A DNA stretch of 26,721 nt from Sphaerodactylus townsendi (taxonomy: Eukaryota): NCBI RefSeq assembly GCF_021028975.2. It is one part of the record NC_059439.1 of this genome. One strand, given 5' to 3'. How positions within the stretch are numbered: position 1 is the stretch's first letter; every line of letters begins with the position of its first letter. The position numbers and the translations under genes were made by a program. Below are positions 19,051-26,721 of this stretch, one piece after another. Below the pieces are notes generated by a model that did not search any database, was not told where the DNA came from, and saw nothing but the letters and a program-made list of their open reading frames with translations.

Positions 19051-19562
19051 CTGAAAAAGATTAAAAGCAAGTGATTGAAGACCTCTGTCGATCCTATTAC
19101 AGGAATGAAATCTTATGCAATATCCTGACTTCTACATTCTCTGGGGTTGCCACTGCCTCCAGGTAATTCTCCAGGAATTGCAAATAAGCTCAATTCTACA
19201 CTGATCAGTACCCCTGGAGAAAATGGCAACTCCAGAGGATGGACTCTGTGGAATTACACCTCTGCTGAGCGATTTATCCTCCCCAAACTCTCCAGGTAAT
19301 GCCCCACCCCAAATTTCCAGGAATTCACCAAACCAGAGTTAGCCGCCCTGCAGGCAACCCACAGTTTGCTATGGCAATCCCGATGAATCAGCCCTTTTCA
19401 GAAAAACGACATCATGTCAAGCAGAGCCGGGGTTGTCTGAAGGAATACAGTGTACAGTTGAAACCAAAGTTAATTTGGCGATGAAGAACAGTTGGGGAGG
19501 GGGCAAACAGAGGTAGGCTGGGACTCAGGGTGGCTGGAAGCCACGCTGCCAATAGTGCACAC

Positions 19563-19967
19563 CAGTGGTGGGATCCAAAAATTTTAGTAACATGGTGGTG
19601 GGATTCAAACTGTGGCGTAGCACCAATGGGGCTGGGCGGGGCACGACAGGGGCATGGCCAGGCATTCCGGGGGTGGGGCATTCCAGGGTGGGGCTGTGGC
19701 AAGGATGCAGCTGCTGTGCCGGTCCTTGGGTCCTTAGGCGGGAAACAAATGCACGCAGGCGCAGGCTGCCACGCACGCCGGTGCACCTCCTGCTAGACGG
19801 CTTCAAGTTCTGTGCGCTACTGCTGAGAGGTGTGAGGGGGCGTAACTAAGGCAAAAACCACGGGGCAAAATCACCAATTGGGGTAACCCCCCCCTCGGCA
19901 ATGTAATATCACACAAATAATTGAAGTAACCCACTGAACCCAGAGAACCTGCTGGATCCCACCCCTG
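19563..19967. mobile_element. Non-autonomous hAT element
   Basis: TIR CAGTGGTGGGATCCA / TGGATCCCACCCCTG. Perfect 8-bp TSD GTGCACAC (19555-19562 and 19968-19975). Confidence 0.9.
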
Positions 19968-20247
19968 GTGCACACTTTAGATCTCACCTGCAGTAGGGTG
20001 AGGGTAGGTAAGGTTGCAGATTTGGGGAGGTGGACCCACTGGGGACAGAAGAGCGGGAGGTAGACAGTTCTGCTGCAGGGAGGGGCTGCCGCATAGCAGG
20101 AGAGCGCTTGTTTTGCCTGCAGAGGTTCCTAAATTCAATCTCTGCCCCCTTCAGGTGGTACAGTTTCAGGTGGTCAGTGCTGGAGAATGAAACCTCAGGG
20201 GAGCAGTTGCTGTTCAGAGAAGGGACTGATGTATAGGATGTGACTCA

Positions 20248-20764
20248 GGTCGATTCCGCACTTGCATTTATCGACCTAAGTTCGAGCTGCGTTCGGCCTA
20301 AGTGCTCCGCACAACCACTGGGATCGACGTGGTTTTGTACCAGCTTCGCTCCGTGTAACGGTCAAATTTCCGACTCCAGTTGGGAACTACTACTTTTTCA
20401 GGGAACCACGCTCGAACTCAGCTCGATTCCAGTAAAGTGCGGAATCTCTGGTGCCAGGAGTCCCCCATTCAGCCAATCACAGCTGAGTGTTTCGGGCATG
20501 CTACAGCCTAGGCCAATCAAAAAACGCCACCTTCGTCCCTCCATTCCTGTGGCAGTTTTTTTAATAACGTGTGTGGGGATAGACGGAACATGGCCGTAGA
20601 ACAGTAGCCAATCGGAACGGAGCGGCGAAGAGGTACAGGATGGTTCTGCCCTCCGAGCTGGGATCAAGCTGGTTGCAGTGGGGAACAACAATGGCTTCGA
20701 CCTAGGTCAGTACCCTTCTCAGGGAACTGGGTTGAACCTATTTTACTCATGTGCGGAATCGCCC
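20248..20764. mobile_element. Non-autonomous PIF/Harbinger-like element, CpG-rich
   Basis: TIR GGTCGATTCCGCAC / GTGCGGAATCGCCC. 3-bp TSD TCA on both sides. Shares the TTCCGCAC core with the 140-bp MITEs. Confidence 0.8.
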
Positions 20765-21067
20765 TCAGTGTCAAACAGTGTCAAATAGTGTCTTAGTCTT
20801 CATTCAGCACCCCATTTGAGCCAATCCCTGTTTCTGAGACGATCTCCTGTACAAACCCCGTTGGAAGAAACCACAACTTTCCTAATAATTTCAATTCACC
20901 TAGCCCCACTTTCAATAGTATGCACGTGTGTTTGGCCTTCCACCACCTGCACGGAAATGTTTTGGGCCAGCCCTGTGTGCTAATGTCCTCCTGCTTTGGT
21001 GTGGGGTGAGGTGAACTCTCAAACCTGAGTCATGGGGCTTCTATAGAAAACCCCAGAGAGAAGACCT

Positions 21068-21352
21068 GAGAGCCAGCGTGGGGTAGCGGTTAAGAGCAGG
21101 TGGATTTTAATTTGGAGAACCAGGTTTGATTCCCCACTCCTCCACCTGAGTGGCAGAGGCTTATCTGGTGAGCCAGATGTATTTCTGCACTCCCGCATTC
21201 CTGCTGGGTGACCTTGGGCTAGTCACAGTTCTCTCAGGATTACCTCACAAGGTGTCTGTTGTGGGGAGAGGAAGGGAAAGGAGTTTGTAAGCCACCTCGA
21301 GTCTCCTCACAGGAGAGAAAGGTGGGATATAAATCCACTCTTCTTCTTCTTC
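21068..21352 (+). mobile_element. Squam3-like SINE
   Basis: GAGAGCCAGCGTGG head and (CTT)n tail. Confidence 0.88.
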
Positions 21353-21358
21353 ACTTAC

Positions 21359-21453
21359 TTTTGGTAGGAAATAGTAGTGGGTGATTAAGAAGATGAGACC
21401 ATTGATGGTGAAGAAAGCCCCACCAGTGGCCATTATCCGTATCCAACTGATGC
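21359..21453 (-). CDS. Ig-like receptor transmembrane exon ((G)ISWIRIMATGGAFFTINGLIFLITHYYFLPK)
   Basis: Acceptor CTCTCTTCTCGCCACCTCACTAG|GC (phase 1, fits the preceding Ig exon), donor AAA|GTAAGT, hydrophobic helix. Confidence 0.72.
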
Positions 21454-21823
21454 CTAGTGAGGTGGCGAGAAGAGAGTTGCTGGTTATATGAGGTAAAGAA
21501 AAGCCGCCACATTTGTAACGTCTTCTGCTGAATGGGCCCAGGTGCCTTGACTCACCACGTCAGACTTGCAGACTCTAGTTCAATTCCCCCAGAGGCTATT
21601 AGTCATGGTTACGGAATCGCTTTCAGTGATTTACTGTCCTTATCTCACACCTATCTTTAGAAAATCTTGTGAGATAATTAGCTGGAAGCATCACGGGTTT
21701 CCTCCCCTCTCTCTCAGGCCCGCCAAATTCTGTAGAAAGAACGGCTTCATTCTTAAAGCGCAGAACTCCCTGCCTCCTAATGCAGTTCTGGCGGCTCATT
21801 TATCTTTAAACAAGTATTGAATC

Positions 21824-21944
21824 GGTTCTGGTGGGTTTTCTGGACTGTGTGGCCATGGTCTGGTGGAGATCCACCAGACCATGGCCACACAGCCTGGAAA
21901 ACCCACCAGAACCAGTTGAATCTGACCGTGAAAGCCTTCGACAA
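21824..21944. mobile_element. Short palindromic Penelope-like insertion, second subfamily
   Basis: 44-bp inverted arms 21824-21867 and 21870-21913. Same AAAGCCTTCGACAA terminus. ACAAGTATTGAATC is repeated at 21810-21823 and 21941-21954. Confidence 0.75.
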
Positions 21945-21970
21945 GTATTGAATCAATTAAAAGTAAAGTT

Positions 21971-22348
21971 AACATAAGAACATAAGAACAAGCCAGCTAG
22001 ATCAGACCAGAGTCCATCTAGTCCAGCTCTTTGCTACTCGCAGTGGCCCACCAGGTGCCTTTGGGAGCTCACATGCAGGATGTGAAAGCAATGGCCTTCT
22101 GCTGCTGCTGCTGCTGCTCCCGAGCACCTGGACTGTTAAGGCATTTGCAATCTCAGATCAAAGAGGATCAAGATTGGTAGCCATAAATCAACTTCTCCTC
22201 CATAAATCTATCCAAGCCCCTTTTAAAGCTATCCAGGTTAGTGGCCATCACTACTTCCTGTGGCAGCATAAGAAGTGTTTCCTTTTATTAGTCCTAATTC
22301 TTCCCCCCAGCATTTTCAATGTATGCCCCCTGGTTCTAGTATTGTGAG
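21971..22348 (-). mobile_element. CR1 3' fragment nested in the tail of a Sauria-like SINE
   Basis: Near-identical to 12059-12460, with a 28-bp internal deletion. Confidence 0.92.
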
Positions 22349-22614
22349 TTTCCCCTTCAGTTGTGTCTGACCCTGGGGTACCACTGCAGTGATTTTATTG
22401 GCAAGCCGTTTTTGTGGCGTAGTTTGCCATTGCTTTCCCCAGCTATTCTTTACCCCGTAGATATGAGCTAGGTACTCATTTACCGATCAAGAAATGGATG
22501 GATGGCTGAGTTGATCATGAGCCAGCTGCCAGGATATCTGACCCACAGGGGGCTCAAACTCCTGACCGTGTGAGTGGCAGTGCAAGCACTTAACCACTAC
22601 GCCACATGGCTCCT
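22349..22614 (-). mobile_element. Sauria-like SINE (tail remnant at 21960-21970)
   Basis: The minus strand reads GGAGCCATGTGGCGTAGTGGTTAAG...CAACTCAGCCATCCATCC...GGTAAAATGAGTACC...GCAATGGCAAACTAC. ATTGAATCAATTA is repeated at 21947-21959 and 22622-22634. Confidence 0.7.
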
Positions 22615-22690
22615 TGAATCAATTGAATCAATTAGTAGAGGACAAATGTTATGAATGTTCATTGGTCATGATGGCTAAAGGCAGTTCCGG

Positions 22691-22820
22691 GGCCCATTCC
22701 GCACATGCAGAATAATGCACTTCCAATCCACTGTCGCAATTGTTTGCAAGTGACTTTTGCTATTCCACAAAACTGCAGAATGGATTGAGAGTGCATTATT
22801 TGGCATGTGCGGAAGGGGCC
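22691..22820. mobile_element. Harbinger-like MITE
   Basis: GGCCCATTCCGCACATGC...GCATGTGCGGAAGGGGCC. Confidence 0.85.
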
Positions 22821-23043
22821 TGGGTTTCACAGGGGCTGTGTCATTCACATGGTTTGGTCACACCCCCACTGTCCAAGCAGGGCTAGAGAAAGCTTGCTCT
22901 TCCCAGAACTACAGGGGGCCGCCCTTTCCCTTCCCCTCCACTTTTTATAGCCCTGCATCCGAACAGGTCGCTGTGTTTTGGAACAGCTAGCAGGGAGAAA
23001 CACCTGTTGCCCCTCCGTTGGGCAACAGAATGTGGGATTAGAT

Positions 23044-23563
23044 CAGTGATAGCGAACCTTTTCGAGACCGAGTGCCCAAATTGCAACCCATAACCCACTT
23101 ATTTATCGCAAAGTGCCAACACGGCAATTTAACCTGAATACTGAGGTTTCAGTTTAGGAAAAAACGGTTGGCTCTGAGGCGCACGTTACTTGGGAGTAAG
23201 CTTGGTGGTAGTCGGTGACTTTGCTTTGAAGCAACCATGCAACTCTTCCAACGGGTGAATCATGACCCTAGGAGGGTTTACTCAGAAGCAAGCCCCATTG
23301 CCAGCAACTGAGCTTACTCCCAGGTAAAGGATCATGCTTTAGTTCTTCGCGTGAAAATCAGTGGGGTTTAACAGCGCTTGACAGGGTTACCTACACTGCT
23401 TCCCCAAAACTAGGTCTTAAATTTAATGCGAATAATCGAGCCCAGAGGCCCAGGGCAACCTAGATGTGTGGGCGGGGGGGGGGGGCGACTCTGTTTGCGC
23501 GTGCCGACATAGAGGGCTCTGAGTGCCACCTCTGGCACCCGTGCCATAGGTTCGCCAGCACTG
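23044..23563. mobile_element. Non-autonomous hAT element inserted in an old CR1 3' end
   Basis: TIR CAGTGATAGCGAACCT / AGGTTCGCCAGCACTG. Perfect 8-bp TSD GATTAGAT (23036-23043 and 23564-23571). Confidence 0.9.
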
Positions 23564-23729
23564 GATTAGATGGACCTTTGAATTCATCTAGCAGGGCTAT
23601 GCTTATGTGCTCATATCCACCACTAAATGGAAGCAAGACTTGGAGCACAGAGGAGCAGGAAGTTGGGAAGGCAGGGCAGAAGGAAGAAAAATACTCTCAG
23701 GAAGTGGTCAGGGGTGACCCATAACTTAC

Positions 23730-24035
23730 CTGCTGGCTCAATGAAGACAGGGTCACTCTTCTTAGAGCGGACATTTCGCCCAGAACGAAACTGGATATAG
23801 GCACACATGAAATTCCCTGTATCTTTTGGCGCTGTGATGTTCAGGTTGTACATGTCAGTTGTGTTAGTATCTTTTGGGGACTTCCAAGCCTGGATGGTCT
23901 GCCTGTCTCCAAAGTACTGGAATTCCGTGATGTTGGTCTCTCCAGGTGGAGCGGAACACACCAGAGTTACATGGTCTCCCCACGTATACCGCGGGAGTGC
24001 TTGATTCAGAGAGAGGGATGGTTTTTGGGGTGCTT
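23730..24035 (-). CDS. Ig-like receptor, membrane-proximal C2-type Ig domain exon
   Basis: Acceptor CTTTCTCTCTTGCAG|AA and donor CAG|GTAAGT, 306 bp, phase 1-1. Reads (E)APQKPSLSLNQALPRYTWGDHVTLVCSAP...YNLNITAPKDTGNFMCAY...SKKSDPVFIEPA, with both Cys and the D-x-G-x-F-x-C motif. Confidence 0.88.
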
Positions 24036-24098
24036 CTGCAAGAGAGAAAGGACTGGGTTTTTTTTCCCTTGTAACGCAAAATTATTTTTTGGCTCCAA

Positions 24099-24385
24099 GG
24101 AGCAGCAGTGGCGTAGGAGGTTAAGAGCTTGTGTATCTAATCTGGAGGAACCGGGTTTGATTCCCAGCTCTGCCGCCTGAGCTGTGGAGGCTTATCTGGG
24201 GAATTCAGATTAGCCTGTACACTCCCACACACGCCAGCTGGGTGACCTTGGGCTAGTCACACCGGGCTTCCTCAGAGCTCTCCTCAGCCCCACCCACCTC
24301 ACAGGGTGTTTGTTGGTGAGGGGGAAGGGCAAGGAGATTGCAAGTCTCCTCTGCCTGAAGCCCCAGCAGGAGGAGAAAAGGGGGA
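24099..24385 (+). mobile_element. Squam3-like SINE, second subfamily
   Basis: GGAGCAGCAGTGGCGTAGGAGG head. Runs into a gap. Confidence 0.88.
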
Positions 24386-25117
24386 NNNNNNNNNNNNNNN
24401 NNNNNNNNNNNNNNNNNNNNNNNNNNNNNNNNNNNNNNNNNNNNNNNNNNNNNNNNNNNNNNNNNNNNNNNNNNNNNNNNNNNNNNNNNNNNNNNNNNNN
24501 NNNNNNNNNNNNNNNNNNNNNNNNNNNNNNNNNNNNNNNNNNNNNNNNNNNNNNNNNNNNCATGACCGAGACCTGGACAAGGAAAGGCAAAACCGTCGCC
24601 TTAAGAATGGAATGAACTCGTGTCTGGTTTGTGACACAATGTCCTTTCTAGTGGTTGCTTCCTGCTCCGTATGCCTGCAGAACTCTTTCAAAAAGATTCA
24701 CCCTTTCTGCCTTGAAGTAGCTGATTTGTAGCCCAAGTGTACCAACCAGCTGCGAGAGAATTTGAAAGCTTCAAAGGCAGGCCAGAGCGGCGGGACGACA
24801 TGAACCGGTCTTTGCTGCCACCCTGTGGCTCATGTATACTCTCACCAAGCTACACCCCTCTCCTTTTCTGCAATTTCACCACCAGCGGCTTGCTAATAAC
24901 GAAAACAGAAGTTGCAACAAGTAATTTTGGGTCTGAGGGGCCAGGAATCTCCCCCAACATCAAAGTGCTGAGAGGGAAACTTTTACTTTCTCTGTGGAAG
25001 GCTGGCAGCGCTACGAGACAGAGAAAATACCTAACCTCACTCTGCTCCTCTTCAGCAAATTGTTTTTTTAGCATGAATGGGAAGAAAGGGCAGGACTAGG
25101 GGCTGATCCAAGACAGA

Positions 25118-25420
25118 CCCAGCGTGGTTCAGTGGTTAAGAGCAGGTGGATTCTAACCTGGAGAGTCAGCTTTGATTCCTCACTTCTCCACCCGAGTGGC
25201 AGAGGCTTATCTGGTGAACCAGATGTGTTTCTGCACTCCCACATTCCTGCTGGGTGACCTTGGGCTAGTCACAGTTCTCTCAGAACTCTCTCAGCTCCCC
25301 CCCCTGACCTCACAGGGTGTTTGTTGTGAAGGGGGAAGGGAAAGGAGATTGTAAGCCCCTTTGAGTCTCCTGACATGAGAGAAAGGTGGGGTATAAATCC
25401 AAACTCTTCCTCTTCTCCTC
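25118..25420 (+). mobile_element. Squam3-like SINE
   Basis: CCAGCGTGGTTCAGTGGTTAAGAGCAGG head and CT-rich tail. Confidence 0.88.
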
Positions 25421-25477
25421 TCAAAAAAGCCTTTATGAGGATTTTTTTCAACCCCTTAGTTTGGCACAAATTTGGCC

Positions 25478-25740
25478 AGGAGGAGGAGGAGGAGGAGGAG
25501 GAGGAGGAGGAGGAGGAGGAGGAGGAGAAGAAGAAGAACAGGAGGAGGAGGAGGAGTTTGGATTTATATCCCCCCCTTTCTCTCCTGCAGGAGACTCAAA
25601 GGGGCTTACAATCTCCTTGCCCTTCCCCCCTCACAACAAACACCCTGTGAAGTGGGTGGGGCTGAGAGAGCTCCGAGAAGCTGGGACTAGCCCAAGGTCA
25701 CCCAGCTGGCATGTGTGGGAGTGTACAGGCTAATCTGAAT
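25478..25740 (-). mobile_element. 5'-truncated Squam3-like SINE with an expanded (GGA)n/(GAA)n tail (25478-25556)
   Basis: The body matches 17992-18175. Trinucleotide repeat tail. Confidence 0.88.
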
Positions 25741-26003
25741 GCAGGAGTTTGTAAGGAGACTCACCAGCAGCTATGCTGCAAATTTGGTGCCTCATGAGGC
25801 AGGTCTACCGGAGTTTTGTCCCCTTCTTGGTCACCCACCAGCTTCTACAGCAACAGCAGTAGATTTTGGGTTGCAGGGGGTCATATTTGGAATCCTAGGG
25901 CACACTTTTAATACAATCAGGAATACCCAAGGTAGACTAGCAAAGGGGTTTGGGATAACTAGGTTGCTTGGATTTACCCTTGGCAAACATCCTGGATTAA
26001 TGC

Positions 26004-26275
26004 ATTGTCGAAGGCTTTCACAGCCGGATTCAACTGGTTCTGGTGGGTTTTCCGGGCTGTGTGGCCGTGGTCTGGTGGACCACGGTTTGATTTTCCCATT
26101 CTGCCACTTAGCTGTGGAGGCTTATCTGGGGAATTCAGATTAACCTATGCACTCCCACACACGCCAGCTGGGTGACCTTGGGCTAGTCACAGCTCTTCGG
26201 AGCTCTCTCAGCCCCACCTACCTCACAGCGTATTTGTTGTGAGCGGGGAAGGGAAAGGAGTTCGTAAGCCCCTTC
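26004..26275. mobile_element. Penelope-like terminal fragment (26004-26079) fused to a Squam3-like SINE body (26081-26275)
   Basis: ATTGTCGAAGGCTTTCAC...TCTGGTGGA matches the reverse complement of 21870-21944. The sequence then continues as SINE from the B box. Confidence 0.75.
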
Positions 26276-26317
26276 TGAATCATTCCACTCTTCTCCACCA
26301 GTGTAGGGGGCACCCAC

Positions 26318-26611
26318 CTGTCACTTCCAAGGTGATCTCTTCGCTTCGCTGAGATCGGACCTCTTCGCTAGCATTCCACTTCCAGTATTCACAGCTGAAA
26401 GTTTCATTTTTCTCCTTTTGAACAGAGACGTACAGCGAGCTGCTCCAAAAGCCAATCACATTTACCTGGGACATCACAGACCCACTCTTGTCAAAGAATC
26501 TGTATCCGTTCACCTGCTCTTTTATCTTAGCAGTACAACTCAGCTGTACCTTTTCACCTTCATAATACTGGTGATGTTTGGGAGACACAGAAATTTCAGG
26601 GGGAGATAGTT
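26318..26611 (-). CDS. Ig-like receptor, upstream C2-type Ig domain exon
   Basis: Acceptor TCTCTGTTTCTTTTCTGGAAG|AA and donor CAG|GTGGGT, 294 bp, phase 1-1. Reads (E)LSPPEISVSPKHHQYYEGEKVQLSC...ETFSCEYW...SQRSEEITLEVT. Confidence 0.85.
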
Positions 26612-26721
26612 CTTCCAGAAAAGAAACAGAGAGGAATATGGGTTAAGGGCAAGGTATAGGAGGAACACATGGTGGCAATTCTAGGAAGCTATGCTAACAT
26701 TTCTCCATGGTATATCATGTA

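Noticed and set aside
546-24731. Long ORFs containing X runs
   Set aside because: Artefacts of reading through N gaps.
24813-24830. CTCF-like GCCACAGGGTGGCAGCA
   Set aside because: Two mismatches in the core and no supporting evidence.
24850-25030. Extra Ig exon after the acceptor-like TTTTCTCTGTCTCGTAG
   Set aside because: All frames hit stops and lack the Ig cysteine pattern.
25375-25733. Poly-Glu/Gly/Arg ORFs
   Set aside because: Three-frame readings of the (GGA)n SINE tail.

Overview
Repeat-rich vertebrate genomic DNA. The SINE/LINE/MITE families point to a squamate reptile, most likely a gecko (inference). There are five assembly gaps. Two protein-coding loci are supported, both on the minus strand. 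(1) A class A GPCR with a single coding exon that looks like leukotriene B4 receptor 2 (LTB4R2/BLT2; 10614-11675). (2) The 3' part of a multi-exon Ig-superfamily receptor that the ORF track shows only in pieces: two C2-type Ig exons (26318-26611, 23730-24035), a transmembrane exon with Arg and Asn (21359-21453), and a candidate tail exon with an SxYxxI ITIM-like motif (18973-19050). The rest is mostly transposon material: Squam3-like, Sauria-like and 5S-derived SINEs; CR1, L2, RTE and RTEX-like fragments; hAT and Harbinger-like MITEs; and short palindromic Penelope-like insertions with minimal hammerhead ribozyme cores. Many insertions are nested, with readable target-site duplications (TSDs). 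All family assignments come from recognition by eye, not database searches.
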